DNA from: a virus
Virus record (IMG/VR): IMGVR_UViG_3300017963_000228
Coordinates: 24,663 to 88,662 of that record
DNA length: 64,000 bases
Reading direction: 5' to 3' (one strand)
Both the position numbers and the translations under genes were made by a program. The notes under the pieces are model-generated. The model did not search any database and was not told the DNA's origin. It saw only the letters and a program-made list of their open reading frames with translations. Numbering within the stretch: the stretch's first letter is position 1; each line of letters opens with the position of its first letter. Below are positions 30,467 through 39,749 of the stretch, piece after piece.

Positions 30467-30783
30467 TAATTCCCAATTCGTTTTTGCATAAGAATATTTA
30501 ACTGACGATCAAGTTCTTCTTTTTTGTTTTCATAATCCATATAATTTTTATAGGCATGTTCTGGCAAATCTTTTGGATCACGTTTATTACATCGTGTCAT
30601 GATATATGCCATTTGATCCTGATACCATCGAATATCATTTTTTATTTGTATAATTTGAATTTCAATTTTATTGGATTCAACATCTGCTGCTTTTGCATAT
30701 TTGGTATCAAACCACACATAACCACTAACAAGTGATCCCAATAATACCAAAGCTCCAAGAACACCAGATATCTTCTTCCACAT
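30466..30783 (-). CDS. Membrane-anchored coiled-coil protein (possible lysis accessory)
   Basis: One N-terminal TM helix followed by helical region. Confidence 0.5.
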   Translation of the reverse strand: MWKKISGVLGALVLLGSLVSGYVWFDTKYAKAADVESNKIEIQIIQIKNDIRWYQDQMAYIMTRCNKRDPKDLPEHAYKNYMDYENKKEELDRQLNILMQKRIGN

Positions 30784-30799
30784 TTTATTTACTCCTTAT

Positions 30800-30838
30800 A
30801 AAAAGGGGAGTCTCCCCATCTCCACAGAGGAGACTCCC
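30800..30838 (-). terminator. Intrinsic terminator after major tail gene
   Basis: gggagtctcc / ggagactccc stem followed by CTTTTT on minus strand. Confidence 0.7.
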
Positions 30839-30873
30839 ATCTGATGGGGGTGTAACGGTACTACATTGGTGGA

Positions 30874-31389
30874 TTAACTGGACGAGGAAAATCCACCAAT
30901 TCGGAACAACTGATCCCCATGATCCCGCGCATCGTCAATAAGACCAACAAAACGACATGCGAAAACCCGCTGGTTATCAGTAGTATAGGAGATTTCAACA
31001 GCACCACCAACGTTGGGTGCCGCATTGTAAACCTGAATAATGTCAGATCCATCAATCGGTTCCAGAACCAGTTCTCCAGTATTAACTGGCTCACCAACAG
31101 GCTTACCAAAGGTAAGGTAGGTGGTTTCATCAGTAGCCGAAGCAAAAAGAATCTTCAAATTGGCAAAGGTTGCTTCAGTCATGTTTACCGTAATTTCCAA
31201 AACCAGACCAGCATCCAAAACACGCAAAGGCGTATCACCATACTGATCCGATTTCAGTTCATACGTGTTCTGAGTTACGGACATGGTAACACCACCAAAG
31301 GTGTGACCAACGTGAGTACCAGCAAAGTACACGTAGGCGGGACCAATGGAAATGTTATCGGAATTCCAATTAGTAGAGTAGACGGTCAT
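30874..31389 (-). CDS. Major tail (tube) protein
   Basis: NISIGPAYVYF...GHTFGGV...DQYG...NMTEATFANL motif; position after tail terminator; high-expression codon bias. Confidence 0.85.
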   Translation of the reverse strand: MTVYSTNWNSDNISIGPAYVYFAGTHVGHTFGGVTMSVTQNTYELKSDQYGDTPLRVLDAGLVLEITVNMTEATFANLKILFASATDETTYLTFGKPVGEPVNTGELVLEPIDGSDIIQVYNAAPNVGGAVEISYTTDNQRVFACRFVGLIDDARDHGDQLFRIGGFSSSS

Positions 31390-31418
31390 TTAAAATGTCC
31401 TCCTTAAAAATAAATCAA

Positions 31419-31712
31419 TTAAATTGTTGTCATTGTGTTACAAAATTTGCATTTTATGTGAACTTTATCCTGTTGATGATAATTCCGATCAGCATAACCA
31501 AGAATGAATCCACACTTCTCCCCTGCTTTTTTCCAAAGAGGTCGTCCACATTTTGGACAATAACCTTCTTTGACTACTTTTTTAGATTCATCGGTTTCAC
31601 CATCTTCTTTGCAAAATTCACATGTCCTTATGGAACCCTCACAAACAATTCTTTGCATGGAATAACTATATCCAGCAGTTCCATATCGATTGTTCTTACC
31701 ATTTTCAACCAT
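31419..31712 (-). CDS. Zn-ribbon protein
   Basis: CEFC, CPKCG, CGF..., CKFC. Confidence 0.6.
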   Translation of the reverse strand: MVENGKNNRYGTAGYSYSMQRIVCEGSIRTCEFCKEDGETDESKKVVKEGYCPKCGRPLWKKAGEKCGFILGYADRNYHQQDKVHIKCKFCNTMTTI

Positions 31713-32158
31713 TATGTACCCCTTCTAACTGTAACAGAGAAAGTAAATGAAACATTTTTTGACATAATGGGCTTTGTCGGAGAACCTTCATTCATACCAT
31801 CAGCATAACCGACCAACTCTATCCACTTTACAGCCCAATTGGTAGAAATTAAAGATTGTTGATCAAATAACTCAATTAATCTTTCAGAAACTTGTCTGAG
31901 CTTCAATTGAGAAATTGACAACACTCTAAAGAAATACAGCATATCGGGCATTTGCGAAGGATACGACCAATTAAAAGGTCTTCCTCCCAAACTATTCCGA
32001 TAAACGATACAAACTTCTTTTTGTCCAACAACATATTCAATATCAGTCGCAGGATACCATGCGTAAACTCTGGTATCACCAGCAGCAATGCCCATTAAAG
32101 ATATCATTGTTGAATCAGTTTCAATTTGATTAACGACTAATGTATCTAATTCAAGCAT
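31712..32158 (-). CDS. Tail terminator / completion protein
   Basis: Position before major tail gene; TRVY..YP motif. Confidence 0.6.
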   Translation of the reverse strand: MLELDTLVVNQIETDSTMISLMGIAAGDTRVYAWYPATDIEYVVGQKEVCIVYRNSLGGRPFNWSYPSQMPDMLYFFRVLSISQLKLRQVSERLIELFDQQSLISTNWAVKWIELVGYADGMNEGSPTKPIMSKNVSFTFSVTVRRGT

Positions 32159-32167
32159 TGTATTTTC

Positions 32168-32866
32168 CTATTTAAAATAAACTTTAAAAACAATTGCACG
32201 ACGAACACTTATTCTTCTGGTGGCTTTATTTAATGCTTTACGTGCTTCAGATCTTAATTTTTCACGATAACTTTTGCGAAGATCCAGCATTAACTCTTTA
32301 AACCATGTTAAATTTTTTGAACCACCACGAATCTTATTTAATTTGTTCCAATAATGATGTACAGGTTGCGAAGTTGTATCAGGACCGATTAAAATTTTAC
32401 CACCGTAATATGCCGTAGATTTAAATTCTCTACCTGTAGTAAAACCGGGATTTAATAAACCAACGCTTAGATACCCTTTTGCATTAATTTCATACTGGAT
32501 TCCTTCTACTAAAGACCCCGTAGGTGGTAAAAGTGGATTACCAGTATTAAAACTAACGGGGGGTCCAAGATTAGATCCAGCAGTATAATCTTCTGCTATT
32601 TTTGTTTGTCGTTGACCATAAGGAGCATCAGGATTCCATTCATAAATTTTATATGTTCTTCCCGTTCCCTGCCATGCCAACATATATGTTTTAATTTGTT
32701 CTGTAAGCCACTTACCAACGTTATCAAGAATATAAGGATACTGTTCCTCTAAACTTTTTAAAATAGGAAAAAGAACATCTTCAGTAACCTTTTGAGCTAA
32801 CTTATTACCAAAGGTCACTTTAATTAATCTTGCTCTTTCTTCCTCTATATCCTGACCTATTGACAT
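32168..32866 (-). CDS. Neck / HK97 gp10-like protein
   Basis: Position; GRTYK...PP...TGSL motif; basic C-terminus. Confidence 0.5.
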   Translation of the reverse strand: MSIGQDIEEERARLIKVTFGNKLAQKVTEDVLFPILKSLEEQYPYILDNVGKWLTEQIKTYMLAWQGTGRTYKIYEWNPDAPYGQRQTKIAEDYTAGSNLGPPVSFNTGNPLLPPTGSLVEGIQYEINAKGYLSVGLLNPGFTTGREFKSTAYYGGKILIGPDTTSQPVHHYWNKLNKIRGGSKNLTWFKELMLDLRKSYREKLRSEARKALNKATRRISVRRAIVFKVYFK

Positions 32867-33211
32867 TTAAGATTCCTGTAAGCCAAACATAACTTCCAAA
32901 TGGTGAATCTGACTTCCCGCAGCAAAAATCGGATTAACTGGACGTGCATACAAATAAACATTTTGCCAGTATATCCTATCTCCTGCTTGAATATCTGTAT
33001 CAGATGCAAAGTAGCCGACATAATCATTTCCAGTAATTTGACCATTAGGCGTTTGTGAAATATAAGAAGAAGTCACAAACATATAATCAATTCGACAATT
33101 AACGTTATCAGCAATTAAAGTCCAAGTAGATTCCGTAAAACGTTGCTCACTAACTGTTGTCGTTTTACGATAAATGCTGCATGTTTGTGTTAATAGCGAT
33201 TGATAAGTCAT
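32867..33211 (-). CDS. Head closure (head-tail adaptor) protein
   Basis: LLTQTCSIYR...DIQAGDRI...HHLEV. Confidence 0.75.
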   Translation of the reverse strand: MTYQSLLTQTCSIYRKTTTVSEQRFTESTWTLIADNVNCRIDYMFVTSSYISQTPNGQITGNDYVGYFASDTDIQAGDRIYWQNVYLYARPVNPIFAAGSQIHHLEVMFGLQES

Positions 33212-33858
33212 CCGATTGCTTCCTTACGATAACGTTTTAATTCATTATAAACTTTAGGAGAGTATCCACTTAATGAATTGAGAAAATAAGGAGACAAAAC
33301 CTTATAACTGTAATTACCAATTTTTTCAGATTCAAAGGTTTCGTTGTTGGGAGAGTTAATATAATCTTTCATTGCAGATATACACAGAAAACGCAAATGA
33401 CTCATTTCAGCAGAATCTTCTGGATATCCACCTTTCCATACTACCTGAATATTCTGAAGGTAATTATAATCAAATCCACCTTCATAAACTAAACGACCAG
33501 TACGCTTATTAAGAATGTAACCATCATCAGCCACATAACCTGTAGCAGCAGTTATTTCAACACTGGAAATATAAAAACTGGTTATTGAAGCAACTGGATA
33601 TGTTGGAAACCAGAATATATTTTTAGGTGGTGCATCGAAGATAGCATATTCAGGAACATAATAAATGTCATTCTGTGCAGATTCATCACCTTCAACATAA
33701 GTGTATGTTCTCTCTTTTAGCTTTCGATTACAAAACAATTCAAAAGCAAGAGACATGGCATTTATAATGTTATCCAAACGATCAGGATCAATATCCTGAC
33801 CCTGCCACATTTGATCAAAGAATGTTTTATCAATTAATGCGTTTTCATTTAAAGCCAT
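33208..33858 (-). CDS. Head-tail connector (gp6-like)
   Basis: ELFCNRK, NIQVVWKGGY, SEKIGNYSY, ELKRYR motifs. Confidence 0.75.
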   Translation of the reverse strand: MALNENALIDKTFFDQMWQGQDIDPDRLDNIINAMSLAFELFCNRKLKERTYTYVEGDESAQNDIYYVPEYAIFDAPPKNIFWFPTYPVASITSFYISSVEITAATGYVADDGYILNKRTGRLVYEGGFDYNYLQNIQVVWKGGYPEDSAEMSHLRFLCISAMKDYINSPNNETFESEKIGNYSYKVLSPYFLNSLSGYSPKVYNELKRYRKEAIG

Positions 33859-33873
33859 GTCAATAACCCTTTT

Positions 33874-34176
33874 CTAAATTTGAGGGAACAATGTATCATT
33901 AGGACCGGGAAATGGACTTGTTATATTTTTAGGTATTGAAGAAAAAGTCTTTTTCTCTGGAGGAATCCACATTGTTTTATCCTCTGGAGGTCGATCACGA
34001 TCTTTCTTACGTTTATCTTCAAACCGTTTCTTTTCATCTTCAGGTTTTTTTTCATCAACTGCAATTGCCCTTCCTGCTTTAATATATTTTCGTGCATGTG
34101 AATCGTTTATTATTGCTATTGTTGAACCAACCAAACGAATTAAATCACGATCAAGAAGTTTAACTTTGATAGGCAT
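33874..34176 (-). CDS. Hypothetical basic protein between capsid and connector
   Basis: MPIKVKLL...ARKYIKAGRA; start moved downstream of terminator. Confidence 0.5.
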   Translation of the reverse strand: MPIKVKLLDRDLIRLVGSTIAIINDSHARKYIKAGRAIAVDEKKPEDEKKRFEDKRKKDRDRPPEDKTMWIPPEKKTFSSIPKNITSPFPGPNDTLFPQI

Positions 34177-34209
34177 TCGTCCATACCCCCATTTTATCTC
34201 TTTTATAGT

Positions 34210-34244
34210 AAAAAAGGGGTACAAACCGGAATCTGTACCCCTTT
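34210..34244 (-). terminator. Intrinsic terminator after capsid/decoration genes
   Basis: aaaggggtaca / tgtaccccttt inverted repeat with U-tract on minus strand. Confidence 0.75.
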
Positions 34245-34283
34245 AAAAATCCGGCCAAATTAGCCAGCAGAAAATACTAATTT

Positions 34284-34739
34284 TTAATCAATGGCACCAC
34301 CGACCTTACCAACACGACCAGTACCAAAAGTCGCAGTAAGAGCAGTACCCTGCTGAGTAACCGGACGGCGCTGATTCTCAAACGTAAGATAAAGTGCCGA
34401 CCAAAGAACGGCATCCGTACCCACCGTAACATTAAGGCGAACATAACGCATAGGATCAGGAACCATGTAGTAATACAGACCAGCTTCATCAATCTGATCA
34501 AACGTAATAAAATCTGCATCCCACGTAGACTGATCCGGTGAATCCTGAACAATAATATCCAATGTTCCACCAGAACCAACTGAACCAACATCAGCAATCA
34601 AAATGAAACTGTTCGGAAGTTGATTATCGGCCCAAAGATCAATACCGTCATCATCGGGAGCATTTGCAGCAGCAGCCGCAGCATCGGAAACGGCTTGCTG
34701 AAAATAACCAATCTTGTAGTTGTTTACGAAATCATACAT
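34284..34739 (-). CDS. Capsid decoration/cement-like protein
   Basis: GIDL...GTLDIIVQDSPD..TW...RYVRLNVTVG motif; directly after capsid gene with same codon bias. Confidence 0.7.
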   Translation of the reverse strand: MYDFVNNYKIGYFQQAVSDAAAAAANAPDDDGIDLWADNQLPNSFILIADVGSVGSGGTLDIIVQDSPDQSTWDADFITFDQIDEAGLYYYMVPDPMRYVRLNVTVGTDAVLWSALYLTFENQRRPVTQQGTALTATFGTGRVGKVGGAID

Positions 34740-34818
34740 TGATTGTTCCTCCGTAATTAAATGTTTTATTCATCAAAAAAATTATTATCAAACTCCTTAT
34801 GTAAAGATTGATTTTTAA

Positions 34819-36060
34819 TTAACTAACGTCATCCAGCATCACAAATGCTTGCGGTACTGCTGCCTGTCCATCCAACCGACCAGAGCAACGGAGGGAAGTA
34901 CGGTTATGACGGAAACGATAATGACGCGAAGAATCCATGCTGAAATCCTGACGGAAACCAATATAATACCACTGCCATGCACCCAGCACCACATCACCAG
35001 CAGTACCCAATGCAGGAACTTTACCATCAGCCAGCATAGCCGGTTTACCAAGAATGGTCATGTCATAACCATCCTTCAGATTGGCATAGGATTCCTGAAG
35101 AACAAGTTCATCGGAAGTTGCGGAGACTTTCTGACCGCGAAGGGCAGCACGTCCGGTCTTTGTAATAAACCAAACTGCGGCGGCATCAAACATGGCAGGA
35201 AGACGTGCATCCATGTTGAGAATATCGTCAACAACTACCGTACTGGCAGTTTGACGATTGACAGTGAGAATATTGGGATCATTGAGAATACCCAGCGGTT
35301 TCTTTCCACCACTGCCATTGAGGAATTCTTTATCCGTATACCAGTACCATGCTGACCGGAAAATACGGGTAAGATAATTCATGAGGTTAATAACAGAATC
35401 GTCCAACAGAGTATTGGTCAGTTCAGTGTAACCGGCCAATTCATGGACGATCATTTCAACCAAACCGAATTCCGGTTGCGTTTCCTGCTTCTCGCCACCT
35501 TCCTCAGTCCACTCAAAAGATACACCAGCAAAATGATCAAAATCTTCCGATTGCACATCGGGATTCTGCATCAGTTTGGGGAAAGCCAGTTTTTCACCGG
35601 CCATCGGCCATACAGTGGCGCGGGACCATACCAGCGTGTCTTCCATATCGTACATGATCATCAATGCACGAAATTCTTCCGGTACGAGATAACCACCATC
35701 GTCATCCACTGCGGAAGAAAGCAGTTTGGAAGTCTGTCCAGTTTTGAGATACTTGGAGAAGTCGGTAGCCCACTGTTTTACTTCATCGGAAACCATCAGC
35801 CATGGATTCTGACGGTTGCGAAGATTGATGATTGATCCCTGTTTGGTGGTCATCATATGACCATCCATGGAAACAAAAGGCATACGTTGAACAAGCTGAG
35901 TACCAGAATGCGGCTGAAAAGGCGTCTGCACATCATTCTGGAGATCCTTTACCATATCCTGAATGGTTTCTTTCACCAGATTGCTGAAATCATCGCCACC
36001 CATAACATCCGAAACTTGGCCCTTCAACAATTCAATGAGTTCATCCTTGGTCAATTTCAT
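34819..36060 (-). CDS. Major capsid protein (HK97 fold)
   Basis: DGGYLVPEEF, WTEEG, LLDDS, FLNGSGGKKPLGIL, RLDG..AVPQAFV. Confidence 0.95.
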   Translation of the reverse strand: MKLTKDELIELLKGQVSDVMGGDDFSNLVKETIQDMVKDLQNDVQTPFQPHSGTQLVQRMPFVSMDGHMMTTKQGSIINLRNRQNPWLMVSDEVKQWATDFSKYLKTGQTSKLLSSAVDDDGGYLVPEEFRALMIMYDMEDTLVWSRATVWPMAGEKLAFPKLMQNPDVQSEDFDHFAGVSFEWTEEGGEKQETQPEFGLVEMIVHELAGYTELTNTLLDDSVINLMNYLTRIFRSAWYWYTDKEFLNGSGGKKPLGILNDPNILTVNRQTASTVVVDDILNMDARLPAMFDAAAVWFITKTGRAALRGQKVSATSDELVLQESYANLKDGYDMTILGKPAMLADGKVPALGTAGDVVLGAWQWYYIGFRQDFSMDSSRHYRFRHNRTSLRCSGRLDGQAAVPQAFVMLDDVS

Positions 36061-36102
36061 TTAAAAGTTCCTCCTAATAAATAGAATTAAATAAATAAAA
36101 AA

Positions 36103-37746
36103 TTAATCGATTTTCCCCGAAGCAGTTTTCATCGCTTCAGATAATTTTTCCCGCAATACATCCATCAACGTAGACTTCACAGAATCAACCACGACAGTTT
36201 TGGATGAATTCAGTATTTCATCGTCTATTTCGATTTCATCTGTTTCAGAATTGGTTTTTTCATTGGCAGGGGAAATCAATGAATCATCCAATTCTATCAG
36301 ATCATCGTTTTTAGTCGAATCCGTATCAGAATTCTCCAAACCCTGAGTCTCAATAGCATCATTATCAGTTATTTCATTAGGATTATCAAGGTCTTTTTTA
36401 TCCTTGAGATCCGCAATGGATTTTTTCAATGCTTCAATCTCGTCTTTAAGCAAAGATATCAGCTTGTTAGCTTCCAATTCATCGTATTCCGACAGCGTTT
36501 GCAGTTCCGCATTGGTTCCAATGATAATTGTCTGTTGATCCAATACGTTACCTTCTACATCTTTCAGTGTTTTTACAAGCTCAATGGTACGGTTCAATGA
36601 AACCACTTGTTCAATCGGTGCCACATGATCCTTATCTTCAATTTCAGGATCATCCTCCGCGTCACCATCTCCATCGGTCTTGTTCTCACTATCGGCATCG
36701 TCAGGGGCATCTGATTTATTATCCTGATCATCTGAAATCTCAATTTCATCTGCTTCAGTGTCTTTCTCCCCATCCTCCAAAGAAATATCTTGATCCGTAT
36801 CAGTCTCAGAAGATTTAGTATCCTCAGTATCAGCAACATCAACCGAAACAGATTCTTCAAATAATTTGATTGGCATTTTTTCTTCAACCGTATCCAAAAC
36901 AATGCCGCCTTTTTTATCCACTTTGATATCAAAGTATTTTGTTTTCCATTCCTGTTCCACATTCTCCTTAATCCATTCATTAGCGGTTTTGTCATCAAAT
37001 TGCTCTGGATCAAATAGATAGGCAACAGGATCTTTAACAGAAATATCTTCATCAAGCGGAACAGCTTTAATGGCTGTTACCCCATCAGCAACTTCAAACT
37101 CTTTAGGTTGTGTAAAAATAGCAATATCCATAACGGGGTAAAAAAGACCAGATTTGGTTCTGGCAAATACTTCAGGATATCCCAAAGTAATCAAATTCTG
37201 ATACTCTTTATCATTTTCACCCATACCCATATGAACATTGGCATTTGGGTTAGCAGGAACAGCACAACAGGAAATCTCCAGTAATTCTTGTGAGGTAAAT
37301 TCCCGACCTCCCCACCATTTATCATCTTCATCACGAAAATCAAATTTAAGTCCCATAAAACCAACAGAGAAAGAAGTCAAAAATCCATTTTTATATTTGT
37401 TGAATATCTTCATGGATTCATCATCATTCTCGTCAAACTTGGGCTGAAACAATAATCGATTAGTACTTTTATCAACCCATGTTTTCATTGATCTGGCAAC
37501 CGGGACTCCATAATAGTTATGGGACCACGGAACCACAGGATTCTTCTTGAAATTAGACATTTTCCAACCGGATTGACGTACAATATCTTTGTCCCGGTCT
37601 TCATCTTCAGTTGAAGCAACCGCAATGAACGTTTTACCTTTTTCATCTAATTCCATCAACTTTATATTTGATACATTTGTTGCCAGAACGCTCTTACCTT
37701 TTTTCTTAAACGGAAGACCTTTTTCATTACGAAGTTGATAAGCCAT
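36103..37746 (-). CDS. HK97-type prohead protease with long acidic/coiled-coil scaffold-like extension
   Basis: ASTEDEDRDKD, FKKNPVVPWSH, SFSVGF, ELLEISCCAVPANPNA; start MAYQLR with AAGGAG RBS. Confidence 0.9.
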   Translation of the reverse strand: MAYQLRNEKGLPFKKKGKSVLATNVSNIKLMELDEKGKTFIAVASTEDEDRDKDIVRQSGWKMSNFKKNPVVPWSHNYYGVPVARSMKTWVDKSTNRLLFQPKFDENDDESMKIFNKYKNGFLTSFSVGFMGLKFDFRDEDDKWWGGREFTSQELLEISCCAVPANPNANVHMGMGENDKEYQNLITLGYPEVFARTKSGLFYPVMDIAIFTQPKEFEVADGVTAIKAVPLDEDISVKDPVAYLFDPEQFDDKTANEWIKENVEQEWKTKYFDIKVDKKGGIVLDTVEEKMPIKLFEESVSVDVADTEDTKSSETDTDQDISLEDGEKDTEADEIEISDDQDNKSDAPDDADSENKTDGDGDAEDDPEIEDKDHVAPIEQVVSLNRTIELVKTLKDVEGNVLDQQTIIIGTNAELQTLSEYDELEANKLISLLKDEIEALKKSIADLKDKKDLDNPNEITDNDAIETQGLENSDTDSTKNDDLIELDDSLISPANEKTNSETDEIEIDDEILNSSKTVVVDSVKSTLMDVLREKLSEAMKTASGKID

Positions 37747-37751
37747 AACTT

Positions 37752-39701
37752 TTACTCCTTTTCCATTGTAATTGTGCAATCACAATTAAAACTTAAAATG
37801 TCACCGGGAAATCGCAGTTTAGATCCCCCAACAAAAAAGTTGTCTTTTGAAACCATATTTTTTAATCGGCCTTTATGACCACATTCATTACTATTCACTA
37901 CCCATACAACGTTTTTATCCAAATGACTTACCATTTGCCATTTGGTATAGTTTATACAAGATTTCAAAAGAGCATTGATAATTTTTGACAAACGGGGATT
38001 GGCGTTGAATTGTTCCTTAAAAAATTCTTTCCAATCCTTATCTTCCCATCCAGAAATCATTTTAATCGTTTTGTTATACTCAAACGCTGCTTTTTCAGCA
38101 ATCTGCTTAATCCATTTATCATTTAACCATTCAAGCAATGTTTCCTGATATCCAAAATGTTTGGCATAAACTTCAACAGATGCTTCTACACAATCTACCA
38201 GAATATCTTTTAAATATGTTTCAAAATTACTTGGGTGAATGTCTTTCATAGCCTGAAAGATCATATCGTTCCAAGTCTCCCTTGACAATGTGATTAAATT
38301 AAAAAAATCATCTAATTTATTAATTTGTTTTTGATTAGTAGGTTCAACAGAACGTCCATCAGTGGGATTATCATCACGATCATCTGTTCCATCAGGATTG
38401 GTATGTGGTTCGTCATCATCACGATCACGATCTCCATTTGCCGGTGGCGCAGGGGGATTCGCCGCTTGCTGGGAGATCTTTGGTAAATCTTTTAACAATA
38501 CATGGTTTGCAGGAATAATAATTTCGTCACCACCAGCAATGGCCGGTTTATTCTGTATTTCTTGACGAAATTCATTAATCGTCATTGTAGGAACACCAAC
38601 ATATGCTTTGGATTCCTGAACCTCCAGTTGACGATCACGCGGAATAGGATTCTTATGACGCAATTGAAGACGTTCATCAAATGATTTACAAACCCCATCT
38701 GTTAATTCTTCGTCCCAAATATTTAAACGTGGTGCAATTGACTCACGGTTAAAAGAGATATCAGTATATACAGCCCCGGCACGATTGGAGTCCGTAGATC
38801 CCAGCTTGTTTGTTGGCACCCGATAAGCCGATAGGATCTTTTCCTTAGACCATCCTGCCAAAGACATAAATTCAAAATCTTTATTGGTATACTCCAACGG
38901 TATTGGTTTTAAGCCACTATCCAAAACAGCTACTTGGTGAAATGTTCCCTGATATTTTTCCATCCATCGGGCTTTTAATTCATCAGCTTTTTCTTGATCA
39001 ATTTGAGCATCCGTTGTTAATGCAAAATCAATTCTTGCACTATTTTTAAAGAAGTCCCGTTCATATACTTCAACATAAGTATCAATGTCAGTCGCATATG
39101 CTTGTGCTTGAATAGGACTCATACCCGACCATGGATCAATAGGATGGGGATAATTGATAACAATCAATTCATTAATATCAAAATCAATATATCCTCCCGC
39201 TTTACCGGATTTAAAAATATATTTAACAGAAGGATTAACAGGATTATCTGAAACTTCTACTTTCATAAAATCATTCATATTCAAAGGCCATAATTCCCAA
39301 ACCTGCCCCAGCTTATTTTTGGCCTTATAAATAACGGTCATACCACACAGATCTAACTGTATCTGACAAAAGCTTTTAATAAAACGAAACGTCATTAAAT
39401 CATTGGGAACCCGAAACGGTTTAGTAAAAACCTGATACCCTTTGTTTTTCGTAGAAAGTTCTTCATCCGTATCTTTGTTATAAAACGAATAGGGAAGCAT
39501 TGAAACACGATCAGAAATCAATGATACACAGGAATAAACCCACGATTTGTATTCAGCTAATTGAGCAGAAGGATTTATTTTAAGTGGTCCTGAACTTGCT
39601 CCTTTTTCTCTGGCGATAATAGCGTTAAGTTGTTCCCATGTTTTAGAAACATTGGAAGATGAATTCCATGTAAATCTAATTTCATAATCTCCAATACGCA
39701 T
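37752..39701 (-). CDS. Portal protein (HK97 family) with C-terminal MuF-like extension
   Basis: WVYSCVSLISD, GMSPI, FFKNSAR, VLDSGL, TINEFR; C-terminal FFVGGSKLRFPGD...NCDC. Confidence 0.92.
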   Translation of the reverse strand: MRIGDYEIRFTWNSSSNVSKTWEQLNAIIAREKGASSGPLKINPSAQLAEYKSWVYSCVSLISDRVSMLPYSFYNKDTDEELSTKNKGYQVFTKPFRVPNDLMTFRFIKSFCQIQLDLCGMTVIYKAKNKLGQVWELWPLNMNDFMKVEVSDNPVNPSVKYIFKSGKAGGYIDFDINELIVINYPHPIDPWSGMSPIQAQAYATDIDTYVEVYERDFFKNSARIDFALTTDAQIDQEKADELKARWMEKYQGTFHQVAVLDSGLKPIPLEYTNKDFEFMSLAGWSKEKILSAYRVPTNKLGSTDSNRAGAVYTDISFNRESIAPRLNIWDEELTDGVCKSFDERLQLRHKNPIPRDRQLEVQESKAYVGVPTMTINEFRQEIQNKPAIAGGDEIIIPANHVLLKDLPKISQQAANPPAPPANGDRDRDDDEPHTNPDGTDDRDDNPTDGRSVEPTNQKQINKLDDFFNLITLSRETWNDMIFQAMKDIHPSNFETYLKDILVDCVEASVEVYAKHFGYQETLLEWLNDKWIKQIAEKAAFEYNKTIKMISGWEDKDWKEFFKEQFNANPRLSKIINALLKSCINYTKWQMVSHLDKNVVWVVNSNECGHKGRLKNMVSKDNFFVGGSKLRFPGDILSFNCDCTITMEKE

Positions 39702-39749
39702 TTCTTCACTCCCATTTCGTTAAGATTGAATTTAAATTCTTTTAACGAA

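Noticed and set aside
30466-30783. Holin / lysis cassette
   Set aside because: Single TM helix only and no endolysin nearby; left as membrane protein
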